Source: Octopus vulgaris (lineage: Eukaryota). Taken from it: a stretch of DNA of 64,000 nt. The stretch lies in contig OX597814.1 in NCBI GenBank assembly GCA_951406725.2, positions 88,722,001 to 88,786,000 of the forward strand, written 5' to 3'. The notes under the pieces were generated by a model. That model did not search any database. It was given only the letters and a program-made list of their open reading frames with translations, and was not told the origin of the DNA. This document shows, piece by piece, positions 1 through 12,584 of the stretch (positions are counted from its first letter, which is position 1; each line of letters starts with the position of its first letter). Made by a program: the position numbers and the translations under genes.

Positions 1-711
1 AAGAAGATTTAATTCAGAAGTCAGTGTTTGAAAAGTACATTATAGGATATCTCTTGTATTTTAAGTAAGTATTACGTGTTACTTTCAGTTTCGGTTACTT
101 TAATGATGATCGATTAAATTTCAGGTGGGCATATCTCTACAACGAAGAATGTTACGGTTTCTTTTCAAGGACAAATCACTTCGGTCCCAAACAGTTTATA
201 AAGTACAAGCATTTTACATCTCATAAGGAAGATTTTACAAGTAACACTATTCAAACATTTTTCCCACTAAGGAGCTCCGTACACCTCTGAAATACACAAC
301 TATTGTAGTATTTGTTCCACTGAACTTACTAACTATAAAATAACCTCACACACTCCAATCGATCAACCCATTTCTTCCATTATCTTCATTCTTTCGTTTT
401 TTCTCTCATCTCTTAGATTTCAAGCTCAACCTTTGTTCAATACCCTCTCCTCATAAAAGCATACTCCTGCTGTTCCCTTGCAATGTTTTTCTCAAGATAC
501 TATCAACCAGTACGTTCATTTCTTATATGGACCACATCTACTCGTCCCAGTTACCTCAGTCTAGACGAGATAATTATTTACGTTTGTAAGATAACCTATT
601 TAAAGGTAGATGAATTGGTTAACTGGGAGTAAAGTACCTTGACAAAAGGTACAATGCAGTGCAAAATTTCAACTATAGTTTTCGAGATTGTCATTAATAA
701 TACTCTCTACC

Positions 712-862
712 ATAGGCACAGGGCCTAAAAATTCGGGTTGGAGAGAAGGGTTAGTCTAGTAGAACAACTCTAGTATTTGGTTGGTACTCAGAAACTAAAG
801 CCAGAAAAATGCTGTTAAAACATTTTGTCCAGCGCGGTAACGATTCAGCCAGCTCACAGCAT
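712..862 (-). mobile_element. Degenerate SINE family A fragment
   Basis: Reverse complement resembles the family A head (gctggc.gaatcgttaccgcgctggacaaaatg) and tail (ggccctgtgcctatgg). Confidence 0.55.
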
Positions 863-1244
863 TAATGATTATCACCAATAATTATGAACAAATGAAGCAA
901 AAAAAAAAATATAGAAATCATGTTGTTCAAGACCTCATTTTAAGATGTATTTACTAGGAGCTTGGAAAGGTATTGCAACTGAAATAATAAACATAAAGAT
1001 TTGATAATAGGGAATGTTGGAATACATTATAAAATTTTAAGCAACTCAAGTGTCAAAGGATTCTTGTGTAACAAAGAGAAAGAAAATACAAGAAATGTCT
1101 TTTAAAGCGATCTGATATTGAAGTAAATGTCAATTTCTTGATATAATTCGGCTTTTACGATTGATTGTTGCAAACCGAGTTATGTAAACCAATTTAAGCT
1201 CTTGATTGAAAGAACTGTTGTGCATTTTAGCGTGATGTAGATGT

Positions 1245-1294
1245 ATTAGTCACCGATGAAATCCCAACACAGGATTGAAACTAGTTCAACTGAT
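1245..1294 (+). ncRNA. Minimal type I hammerhead motif, CCGATGA core, probably a PLE terminus
   Basis: attagtca-CCGATGA-aatcc(caacaca)ggatt-GAAA-ctag-TT-caactgat; perfect 5-bp stem II and palindromic stem III, imperfect stem I. Confidence 0.6.
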
Positions 1295-1304
1295 CCTTCA
1301 TTTT

Positions 1305-1500
1305 GTGGAGACGCGTAGCCAACTGGTTAGGATGTTGTACTCATGATCACAAAGTCGAAGTTTCGATCTGGACTCATGATATGTTTTATTATTGGCCAAA
1401 GCGCTTTATTTTGCATTGGCTCCAGTCTTTTCAACTGAAAATTAATACTAGCCTAGCGTCTGGGCCGTTACAACATTTATTCTCTTCTCCCTTAAACATG
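1305..1500 (+). mobile_element. Degenerate tRNA-derived SINE (family C-like)
   Basis: Box A/B-like head (tagccaactggttagg ... gtttcgatc) similar to the copies at 49714 and 52557. Confidence 0.5.
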
Positions 1501-1682
1501 AAACAGTCCATGTTGCCACACAGAAAAAAACTATTATTATAAATAGCAATCAACGAAGAGATGAGTCAATAATATATTAAAATTAATGCTTCATGCATCT
1601 AGTTCGCTAGCATCTCCACTTACATAAGGTAGGACACCAGATCACATACATATTCAGTTTTGGATTAATATATTCTGTATTC

Positions 1683-2085
1683 TAAGGCGGCGAGCTGGCA
1701 GAAATGTTAGCACACCGGGCGAAATGCGTAGCCGTATTTCGTCTGCCGTTACGTTCTGAGTTCAAATTCCGCCGAGGTCGACTTTGCCTTTCATCCTTTC
1801 GGGGTCGAATAAATAAGTACCAGTTATGCATTGGGGTCGATATAATCGACTTAATCCGTTTGTCTGTCCTTGTTTGTCCTCTCTGTGTTTAGTCCCTTGT
1901 GGGTAGTAAAGAAATAGGTATTTCATCTGTCTTTACGTTCTGAATTCAAATTCCGCCGAGGTCGACTTTGCCTTTCCTTCTTACAGGAGTCGATAAATTA
2001 AGTACCAGTTGCGTACAGGGGTCGATCTAATCGACTTGTCCCTTCCCCCAAAATTTCGGGCCTTGTGCCTAGAGTAGAAAATAAT
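1683..2085 (+). mobile_element. SINE family A, full dimeric copy with 15-bp TSD
   Basis: tRNA-like head taaggcggcgagctggcagaa...gagttcaaattcc; core gtcgactttgcctttcatcctttcggggtcga occurs twice; atatattctgtattc at 1668-1682 and 2086-2100. Confidence 0.9.
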
Positions 2086-2606
2086 ATATATTCTGTATTC
2101 AAATCTTATTGGGATTAAATTTACACATCAATAAAACATACAGTGATATAATAAAATACATTCTAGTACAATGCTTGAAAGGGCGAATCTTTTCATGCAT
2201 TGTACTAGATTGAATATAGCATTTCAAGCCGACTTGAATGAATGTAGCCGACTTAAGTTGGCTGTGTTCCACCCTTAAAGAAAAAAGAATAGCGTGTGCA
2301 GTTGACAAAAGCGACAACAATAAAAAATATGTAACAAAACTAATATAACTTTTATCATCTTTTAAGAAGTATTTTATAGATTCTAAAATAGCAAACAACA
2401 ATACACCCTCCCTTTTTATGTAAACACACTAACAATTTTTTATATTGATTCACATAATTTCTAAAAATAAATGTGTTTTTAACAGTCATATGTCCACTGC
2501 GCCAGAAATACTATAAACAATATATAAATACTATAAAGCATTGTTTAATAACTGCATTCAACGGCCCTTAGATAACATATAAGTATATAATAATTACGTA
2601 TATATA

Positions 2607-2647
<41 letters not shown>

Positions 2648-2650
2648 GTT

Positions 2651-2710
<60 letters not shown>

Positions 2711-4052
2711 AAATAAAACCTATCACTTTGACCACACATTTTCACTTATTAATTCTACATTAACATTCGTTGACTTTGTTCTAATACGCAAATCATATAT
2801 CTTAATCGCTTCTGAGACAAGTTTCTCATACTCTGTTTTTAGTATGTTTCTCATACTCTGTTTTTAGTATATTTCTAATACGCAGGTTACACCATTTATT
2901 CAAAATCTACGTGGTGTGGTGATTGCGCATAAGTAGAATCTATTTTTCCCGTACCACAGCTCTTTCTAATGAATATCAGCAGCAAAAATTTCTAGTTACT
3001 CTTATTGAAAGTTTCTCTCTTCTTTCAATCTTGTAAGTTTATCTGTTGCCCTTACATTTCTCCGGATTCGCCCAACTACTAGTGCTTGTTCAATCATCTC
3101 TCGTTCTGCATTAAGCACATCTAGTGCAGCGTGTCATTCCCTGAAGATATCCTTCTCGATGATTTCATCTGAAGCCATTCATAATTTCCAGTGTCCATAA
3201 TGTTCATAACTCTTAATTTCTCATCAAATTCCCATCATAACTCACTTTAGATATAGCACTGCGTCGCGGAAGATACTATTGACGCAGGGACCGAATAATT
3301 TGCCATTCGCAACTGTCTGCAGTAAGTAAACTTAAATACCCATACATATGACTGACTTGCTTGTAATCCAAACAAACATGTAGTCCAAACAAACTTAATC
3401 CCATTCATGCCCCCAAACTCTACTTTCTCCGCCTTGACACCCTTAGTTTGTCTGACTACTGTCTAATCAAAGCAAAATAGCTAACAGCTTCCAGACAGTT
3501 AAGCATATTTTTCCACATTCTTCACCCAACAAAGCCAATAAGCCTCAAACCTCATGGTAGATAACAATACCTACACCATCAGAAAAGTCGGTTATCAAAT
3601 AATAATCTCTTAGTTAAGTTATCTGTTAATGAACTCTATTCTTCTCTAATCTTTCGGATCAGAAGAGTTTTTATCATTCTGAACCATTGCAATATGTACC
3701 GATGAATCTTTCCATGAAGATTTCCGTATCTGCTGCCTGATTGGTTGCTTGTATTGTATTCCCTTATCAAAATAAATTTATTTCTACACTACTTCCATAG
3801 AGATACGTGATGTAAAAAAAAAAAAGCACTTTTCAAACAACGAGGTGACCTATTTATGCAGTCTTCTTGATCTCAGAAAAAAATCTCCTTTTTCTATTCT
3901 AGTCTATGAAAACACGCTATAGAATTCTTTTATTAGTCCCTTGACGTCGTGGGGACTGCTGTTGAACATTTTAAACCTGGCGGAGCCCATTTCTGTCGAG
4001 GTCTGAATACAACCGATTTCATCTTGCGAGAGTATGTGTGAGAGGCAGAAAG

Positions 4053-4091
<39 letters not shown>

Positions 4092-4514
4092 GAGAGAGGA
4101 TTAGGTGATATTACTGTTTACTTCTGCCAAAACCTAAGGATATATATGCTTTCTATGCAATTTAAATACACAACGTTAGACATACAATGATCCCCTAAGC
4201 GGAAACCTTAAGAGTTTCCTTCAGTGGGAGCCCACCAATCTTGCTCTTTTCAACACCACTGAAATAGAATCACTACCCACACTAAGGAAACTGTTTTGTT
4301 CTTAAACTTGTCTACATATGAATAACATGAGGTAAAAATCATCTGTTTCTACAAATCCTAGAAAATGTACTTCAGATGAGGTCAGTGTTTTACAATCGAC
4401 AAAGATTAATCAGACCTATATTAACGCCCACATCCTTGAGATGGTGTTGTTGCTACACAAATACTTAAAAACATAAGCTGTTGCTGATTGGCCAAAGCAC
4501 ATTTATCATCAGAG

Positions 4515-4970
4515 GTGCAGGTGTGGCAGTGTGAGGGGAAATTTGCTTCCCAACCACGTGGTTCCGGGTTCAGTCCAACTGCGTGGCACCTTGGACGAAT
4601 GTCTTCTACTATAGCCCCGGGCCGGCCAAAGCTTTGTGAGTGGATTTGGTAGACGGAAACTGAAAGAAGCCCGTCGTATATATGTGTGAGTGTGTGTGTG
4701 TACGTGTGTGTCTGTGCGTGTGTCTGTGCGTGTATGTGTATGTGTGTGCGTGTGCGTGTGTGTGTATGAGTTTGTTTCCCACCACCGCTTGACAAACGTA
4801 TGATTATGTTCTTGTAAATTAGCGGTTTGGCAAAATCGAACGATAGAATAAGCACCAGGCTTTACAAAATAATTATTCATATTAGGGTCGATAAGTTCTA
4901 TCATAATTCTTGAAGCCAGTGCCCCAGTAGGGCCGCAGTTCAATGACTGAAGCAAATAAAAGATAAAAGA
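4515..4970 (+). mobile_element. SINE family B (tRNA head, CORE-like gtggcaccttgggcaagtg, internal microsatellite)
   Basis: Matches copies at 6430, 26316, 55113 and 59139. Confidence 0.85.
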
Positions 4971-5114
4971 TATTATGAGTATAAGTTCATATACCCTTCA
5001 ACAGTTATCTCTAAGAAATCTGAATTATCGAACTGCATGTTCATACATCTAAGCCCACTCGACTCAGTCTTCTCAGTGTTGCGTCTCTTACCTTCTGTAG
5101 CCTATACAGCAATT

Positions 5115-5400
5115 GAAAGAGGCCCGTCGTATATATGTATATATATATATATATATGTTTGTGTATGTGTGCATGTTTGTGTCTCTGTGTTTGTCACCCC
5201 ACCCCCAACATCGCTTGACAACCGATGCTGGTGTGTTTACGTATCTGTAACTTAGCGATTCGGCAAAACAGACCGATAGAATAAGTACTAGGCTTTACAA
5301 AGAATAAGTCCTGGGGTCGATTTGCTCGACTAAAAGGCGGTGCTCCAGCATGGCCACAGTCACATGACAGAAACAAGTAAAGAGAGTAAAAGTATAAAGA
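5115..5400 (+). mobile_element. SINE family B, 3' part
   Basis: gcccgtcgtatata...catcgcttgacaaccgatgctgg...gaaacaagtaaagag. Confidence 0.85.
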
Positions 5401-5696
5401 GAGTATATTAGATATTTTACTAATCCTGATTCCCCAGAACAACTTCCTCTGAAATTCCTACCAAATCAATGTTTTTGCTTGGGACATCGATATCAAAGTT
5501 TAGAAGTTCAGGTCAAAATTCATTAAACTCTGACGAAACTGATTACCTAGATGTGTAATAGCTTATCTAATTCTCTGCCTATCATTTGTTATACAGATAT
5601 TGATGCTTGCGTACATATATATATACTAACAAATAAGCGTATGTATGCATTTTGAATAGGGCATTCGCATTGCTGGAGCATAAAAACAAGAGAGAA

Positions 5697-5731
<35 letters not shown>

Positions 5732-5844
5732 GACAGACACACAGAGAGAAAATGAAAGACACAAACAGAACGAGGGAAGAAGGTGACTAGAGAATATGCT
5801 AAAATTGTTGCTTATGCATACATTTCTCTCTTCCTTTTGATATG

Positions 5845-6170
5845 TATGTACATACATAGATACATACACACACATACATATATATGTGTGTGATTAAGTG
5901 TGTGTGTAAGTGTGTGTTATGTGTGTGTGTGCGTGTATATGTGCATATGTGTGTGTGTGCGTGTATATGTGCATATGTGTGTGTGAGCGTGTGTGTGGGC
6001 GTGTATGTGTGCATATATGTGTGCGTGTGTGAGCGTGTATGTATGCATATATGTGTGTGTATATATTATGTTGTGTCAGTGTGTGTGTGCGCGCGCATGT
6101 ATGTGTGCATACATGTGTGTGTGTGTGTATGAGCGTGTATGTATGCATATATGTGTGTGTGTATATATTA
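5845..6170. repeat. Compound (TG)/(TA) microsatellite
   Basis: Seen directly; explains the V/C/Y/H/T-rich ORFs here. Confidence 0.95.
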
Positions 6171-6429
6171 TATGTCACAATGAGGATATTTCAAACTTTT
6201 ATAGGGAGTGTATCCTAGATACACTGGTTTAATATATTAAATTTTGAAGAAATAACACAGGGCAACAAAGAAAATATATACACACACATGCATATATACT
6301 CACACACACATATACCCGTATACGCAACAAGTATGTATGTCAATATGTACATCAATATGTATGTGTATTGGTATACATGTTTCTTTCTAATTCACTTCTT
6401 TAGTTATATAGACTGATTTATATACTCTT

Positions 6430-6853
6430 TTTTTTTCTTTACTCTTTTTACTCTTTTTACTTGTTTCAGTCATTTGACTGCGGCCATGCTAGAGCACCGC
6501 CTTTAGTCGAACAAATCGACCCCGGGACTTATTCTTTGTAAGCCCAGTACTTATTCTATCGGTCTCTTTTGCCGAACCGCTAAGTGACGGGGACGTAAAC
6601 ACACCAGCATCGGTTGTCAAGCAATGCTAGGGGAACAAACACAGACACACAAACATATTCACACACACTTATATATATATATACATATATACGACAGGCT
6701 TCTTTCAGTTTCCGTCTACCAAATCCACTCACAAGGCATTGGTCGGCCCGGGGCTATAGCAGAAGACACTTGCCCAAGATGCCATGCAGTGGGACTGAAC
6801 CCGGAACCATGTGGTTGGTTAGCAAGCTACTTACCAAACAGCCACTCCTGCGC
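6430..6853 (-). mobile_element. SINE family B, full copy
   Basis: Reverse complement of the family B consensus from head aggagtggctg to tail gtaaaaagag. Confidence 0.9.
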
Positions 6854-7001
6854 CTATATATGAGCAGAAATAAAGTAAAGATAAGAAAAATGAAATAAAA
6901 TAAAATAGAATTTTCGAAAGTGAAATAAACTGAAATAAATCCATGTACACGCATGTGTACGTGTGTGCCCATATATATGTGTGTGTTTAAACGCATATAT
7001 A

Positions 7002-7209
7002 CAGGGTGTCTCAGAAGTTGCGCACCATCCTGGTTTTTAAAAGAATACACCCTTATTGATTTCAAAAACACTTTATTGGAATTAATTGTAACAAATGCTC
7101 AAATTGAGTACCCTCTAAAATAAAACACGCCGAAAAAATATAATAAAATAAAATGCTTTAATTATTTTAAATGAAAACCAGAATGGTGAGCGACTTCTGG
7201 GACACCCTG
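7002..7209. mobile_element. Tc1/mariner-type MITE, 208 bp
   Basis: About 36-bp TIRs (cagggtgtctcagaagttgcgcaccatcctggtttt / aaaaccagaatggtgagcgacttctgggacaccctg) flanked by TA on both sides. Confidence 0.9.
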
Positions 7210-7234
7210 TATATTAAACAAGTATGCGTGCCTT

Positions 7235-7585
7235 TGTTTACATAACACACTGCCTAAATAACAATCTTGAGAAATTAGGTTTCTCAAAACCAGAAAGGAG
7301 AAAGCTAATTCGAAGACTTACAGGTCCAATCCATCACTGGAACTGTAAAAATCTGTAAAACTTTCCAGAAGTTTATCATTTAAATATGTATGAGCATGTC
7401 CAGATATGCAACTAGTTATGCATGAGAATACATACATAAAACAAAAAACAAATCTGCATATATACACACATACATACAAAAATACTCTGTTGTTGATGTT
7501 GAAATTCCAATGAAGAAGCCTTGGATCAAGGTTAGAAACTGACTCTTTCTTTATTGGCAAAAATCTTGAAATAAAATTGAACAAT
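7235..7585 (+). mobile_element. 3' end of an RLE-type (R4/Dong/HERO-like) non-LTR retrotransposon
   Basis: Reads CLNNNLEKLGFSKPERRKLIRRL-(frameshift)-QVQSITGTVKICKTFQKFII*, then a 3' UTR with AATAAA. Confidence 0.6.
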
Positions 7586-7789
7586 GACATACATACATAT
7601 GTGTGCGTGTATCTATGTTTATAGCTGGTGTTGTGTTTATGTCGTGTTGTTACATGTCACATAACACAGCGTTTGGACAACTCGAGGGCAATAAAACATG
7701 AAACCAAAGTGAAATATTTTAGATGAAAACGATTAACTGGAATCTTTAATGAGAATGCAAAAGCATGACTGCAGCCCTATAAGTTGAAG

Positions 7790-7805
7790 CTGTGTGTGTG
7801 TGCGT

Positions 7806-7857
<52 letters not shown>

Positions 7858-7867
7858 GTGTGTTTGT

Positions 7868-7945
<78 letters not shown>
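7790..7945. repeat. (TG)n microsatellite
   Basis: Seen directly. Confidence 0.95.
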
Positions 7946-8274
7946 CTATCTGTCTGTGTATGCGCGCGCGTGTTCTTGTATTTCCTACCAAATGTTGGGC
8001 GGACATCCAGTTGTGAATATGGAAGATGTTCGTCGTATTTGTTATCTAAGTGCAATCCATATTTCAAACACAAACAGATGATCTAACTATAGAACTAATG
8101 TTAAAAGAAAATTATATAATTTGAAAATATATATTTCAAATCTATAATTATAATAAAGGTACTTTTTTTTTTTTAAATGTTCTGTGAAAGATATAATCAC
8201 CGCCTCTTGTAATATATCTTTTCTTTCGTGACTGATTTTAGGTGTTTTGCACTTAACATATTTATTTGAAACCT

Positions 8275-8478
8275 GGCGATGAAGAGGTAGAATCACTAGC
8301 ATGCCGGGCAAAATGTTTAGCGGCATTTCGTTCGTTTTAACGTTCTGAGTTCAAAATTCACCGAGGTCAACTTTGCCTTTCATTATTTCAGGGCCGATAA
8401 AAATAAGTACCGGCTGTTGTGATCGACTTACCCACTCCTCTGAACTTGCTGGCTTTGTGCTAAAATTTGCAACCAATA
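8275..8478 (+). mobile_element. SINE family A, monomeric degenerate copy
   Basis: Head, single core and tail ctggctttgtgctaaaattt. Confidence 0.75.
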
Positions 8479-8821
8479 TATTTATTTGTGAGATTTATTT
8501 CAGCAAATTGTCTCTAGCTGAGTATTATTGATAAAGTCTTAACTTTCTAACAAACTGCATCACGAAAAACAAATCGTCAGAGAAAAGGCAGCAGTAGATT
8601 GACTTTACACTCACTCCTTATTTTAGCTGTATTTATATTAGAATAATCTCATCGTAAGAGAAGCAGCTAGAGAAAAGGAGATTTTCATCACATACAGTAT
8701 AAAATGAGCCATCAAGAGCATGTGATTAATTTAAGGATTATAGTGATTGGATATTAATTTAGACCTGACTTCCAAGTGGTTTACATTAAAAGACGTAGAT
8801 TGGGCCCCGATAAATATAATA

Positions 8822-9212
8822 TTGGTTTCAAATTTTGACACAACGCCAGAAATTTCCGAGAGGGCATAAGTCGATTACATTGACCCCTAGTGTTCAACTG
8901 GTACTTTATTTTTCGATCTCGAAAGGATGAAAGGCAAAGTCGACCACGGCAGAATCTGAACGTAGAAAGGTAAATGCTGCAAAGCATTTTGCCCCGTATG
9001 CTAACGATTCTTATTTCCTTACTGCCCACAAGGGGCTAAACATAGAAGGGACAAACAAGGACAGACAAACGTATTAAGTCAATTAGATCGACCCCGAAAG
9101 GATGAAAGGCATCGTCGACCTCGGAGGAATTTGAACTCAGAACGTAGCGACAGACGAAATACTGCTAAGCATTTCGCCCGGCGTGCTAACGCTTCTGCCA
9201 ACTCGCCGCCTT
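8822..9212 (-). mobile_element. SINE family A, dimeric copy with internal deletion
   Basis: Ends in gccaactcgccgcctt; two cores gaaaggatgaaaggc. Confidence 0.85.
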
Positions 9213-9869
9213 GATAAATGTAATATTATATAACTGTATCTCTTTTTCATTTTATCGTCATTCATATATATATATGTATTCATAGTTTAGTTTAAACTTA
9301 AAGATTTCATATTTTAGTGAAGAGGAAAGGGAATGTATGAGTTTCATGCCTTTCCCAAGAATATTGGCGTCGTAACTGAAATAATATGAATTTGAAATCG
9401 AAATGGCATTGCGGTATCAACTTGTATGAAGCTTACTTCTTTCTGGACCATTCTAGCAATAAATATACATACATATGGACTTCAAACATTAGCATAAAAA
9501 TTATATTTCTCAAAATATAAACTCGAAGTATGTAGGATTTGTATACAACCAGGAATAGAACCCTGATCGCAGACTTCGCCGGCCAAAAGCTTACCTCTTT
9601 GATATGGCATTAAATTTTTTAAGGGCTTAAAACAGTTAAGTTAGCCCTAATTATATAACGTAATATTTTGAATACGCCTTGAATGGTCCTTTTACATACT
9701 GAACAGTACTTGGTGAAATTAATTAATAATTAATTGATTTTACCCTTAATCATTGATATATATATATATATATTTATAATAAGTGTAGATCGTATACGAG
9801 TGGGTATATATTTATAAAAAAGAAGTTTGAAAACGCCACTATATAAGATAAATTTTAATTTTCTTAGAA

Positions 9870-9917
9870 ATTTTACATGTTTCGGTTCTTCTTGAAAAAA
9901 CGAACCTTATCAAAAAT
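9870..9917 (-). ncRNA. Minimal hammerhead motif, U3-A8 core
   Basis: Reverse complement: attt-TTGATAA-ggttc(13 nt)gaacc-GAAA-catg-TA-aaat. Confidence 0.6.
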
Positions 9918-9924
9918 ATTTTAA

Positions 9925-10087
9925 AAAGTTAAGTGTAATAAAAGAGATCATAATTGTTTCTTACTGGTCTCAACAGAATCCACGTGGTGGTGTTTTGTGG
10001 GGTGTAAGCATAATAGCTGTAAATTTAAAGTTGAGTGTAATAAAAAAGTTCGTAATTGTTTCTTACTGGTCTCAGCCGAATCCACGT

Positions 10088-10089
<2 letters not shown>
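9925..10089. repeat. Two ~63-bp direct repeats (9925-9987 and 10027-10089)
   Basis: aaagtt.agtgtaataaaa...taattgtttcttactggtctca...gaatccacgtgg occurs twice. Confidence 0.85.
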
Positions 10090-10176
<87 letters not shown>

Positions 10177-10218
10177 CTTTATTTTTATTAAAGCTGCAAA
10201 ACATCACAAATTCATCAC

Positions 10219-10261
10219 AAATGCTACTCAGAGTTTCACGTTTCCGTTCGTCGGACAGTTT
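10219..10261 (-). ncRNA. Hammerhead motif, CCGACGA core (same family as 12601)
   Basis: Reverse complement: aaactgt-CCGACGA-acg(gaaa)cgt-GAAA-ctctgag-TA-gcattt. Confidence 0.65.
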
Positions 10262-10826
10262 AGATTGAGAATGGAACAAAATAACAAAATAAACACACTG
10301 TACTTATACATATACACACTTAAAAAAACGTACATAAGTACACTAAACATACGAACGCTAATACATACTTACATATATTCAAACATACACATATAAAATA
10401 TAAATATGAATATATATACTAATGTATATTTAAGTAACTAGGCACACACACACATTATATATATATATATATATATATGTCATACGCTTCGTGTGTATGT
10501 TGTGAAGTCTTTCTACACGTTAGAAAGAATCAGAATAAAAAAAGAGGTGGTAGAATGGAGGAAAGAATAACGATAGAAAAGATAGAAAAAGAGAAGGGAT
10601 ATAACTGTGTTCAGTAAAGTATCTTTCTATAAAGAAAAAAAGGGGATGAAAAGAAAAGGATGGAAAAGATACATCTAAACTTCATGTATAAAAGCCAAGT
10701 CCGCGAACGCACACATGAAATATACATAAATACTCTCTTCAGCAAATACGTAAATACAATAGAAACACACATGTAAACACGCATAGAAATATACAGATAT
10801 TCATAAACGTATGTATATATATATAT

Positions 10827-10914
<88 letters not shown>

Positions 10915-10916
<2 letters not shown>

Positions 10917-11047
10917 CAAATAAACAAATGGAAGAGAACAATAAGATGGTTCATCAACTTTTGGACATTAAAATGTTCAGTTTAATAAATAAATAATTTA
11001 ACATTTTAATGAACCACCTATTGTTCTCCTCCATTTTCTTATTGCTA
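10915..11047. repeat. Foldback palindrome abutting (TA)n
   Basis: aaatggaagagaacaataagatggttcat pairs with atgaaccacctattgttctcctccattt. Confidence 0.85.
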
Positions 11048-11591
11048 TATAAATTAATGGTAAAATATCTCTTTACGTTCACCCATTTAGTACACTAGGT
11101 AATGTAATTGCAATGCAATAAAAAACATTTGTGTATTAATACTTGTGTATTCTACCAGCAGTACATTGGATAGATATTATCCCTTAGTGGGTTGGATTCA
11201 CAACCCCTAACTTTTTGGGAGTTATATATATATATATATATATATATCAACATACATATATATACGTAATCAAACTTATATACACCATAACGTATATACA
11301 AACATGAGTATATTTAAAAAACATTTCTCTGGTATATTGACTATTAGAATAGAGTAATTTCAAATTGTAGATTGAATAAAATCAATAATATAATCAAATT
11401 AATATTATAATAATATAATTTAAATTTTGGCCATGGTGAAATTTAAATGAGAAAATGAGAAAACTTAGTGACTGCCGAAAATCGCAAAAAAAAAAAAATG
11501 TTTACCAAGCTCATTAATGCTGTCATCAGCATCGCATTACAATCAATGATAATAAAAACGATAAATAAATAAATGCAATGGAAGTAGTTAA

Positions 11592-11638
<47 letters not shown>

Positions 11639-12064
11639 TGTAAAACTATCATAAAGAATAAAATAAAAATAAAATAAATCCATTCTGGTGTTTGATATCT
11701 CTAAAAAACACATTTTGGTCGACTGTAAATACGCGATATTTTTACAACACATATTAGGTGATTGTAAAAGGGCTTAAGTTGTACAATAAAAATCAAAATT
11801 GTTAGGTATATAATGGGCTAAATTGCATTGTAAAAATAACAATCAAATGACTCAAAAGTAACGGTTACAAAAAGACAATGAAAATAAAATAAAAATAAAA
11901 TAAAATAAAAGATTGTAAAACAGTTGGAGGCTTTCTTGAATGTCGAAAAATGTAAAATGTAAAATGTAAAGGCGATATCATACAAAATGATACCTGCTTT
12001 TAGGTGGTAAAGACAAAATCCAATGCGGAAGTCAACTATTATTATTATCCCTGTGGTATTTTAT

Positions 12065-12420
12065 CAGACGAAATTTTATACCTCGTTGCATAACTGCAGG
12101 AATTCAAAAGGTCTCATCTTTGGTTCAACGCAAATTTATCCTGGAACAGGATAAAAAGCTTTTCGGTCAGGCACAAGTTGCATCTCACAGGGCAGCTACA
12201 TGCTCCGTGCGTATATCTCCAAGATCGTCCAGCTGATACTGAAAGGACAGATATAAATTTCTTTTATATGCCAGACATGTTTGGCAAGAGTCGTTGCTGT
12301 CCTATTTTCGAGATATCGAAATGAATTTCGTTGAGAATATAATCTAGTCTTAAAGAAATTCTCCGAAGCTTTTGTATTTGTTTTGTATTCTTGTGAGCCG
12401 TAAATATTTTCCTTCTAGCT
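12065..12420 (-). mobile_element. PLE GIY-YIG endonuclease C-terminal remnant
   Basis: Minus strand reads SENFFKTRLYSQRNSFRY...TTLAKHVWHIKE...ISWTIL...RCNLCLTEKLFIL...LNQR*DLLNSC, a typical PLE C-terminus with stops. Confidence 0.85.
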
Positions 12421-12584
12421 ATAGTCACTTTAGAAATTCTGATTTTTCATTTCAGATTTTCAAATAATACGACTTTAAACCTATCATCATTGATTAGAAA
12501 AAACGTTAGTCGAAAGGACCAATGAAAAGAAACGAGTTTCAAATGTGTATCTGTCCATGAAAATCGTATATTTTCTACATACAA

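Noticed and set aside
2821-2872. 26-bp tandem duplication as a CRISPR-like repeat
   Set aside because: Two adjacent copies with no spacers, in a eukaryotic context.
4421-4955. Recurrent peptides such as RASFSFRLPNPLT and DTCPRCHAVGLNP
   Set aside because: They are translations of SINE family B.
8537-8583. Minus-strand CTGACGA...GAAA-gt-TA
   Set aside because: No stem II and only a 3-bp stem I; likely chance. The same applies to core words at 5530, 27719, 48670 and 53634.
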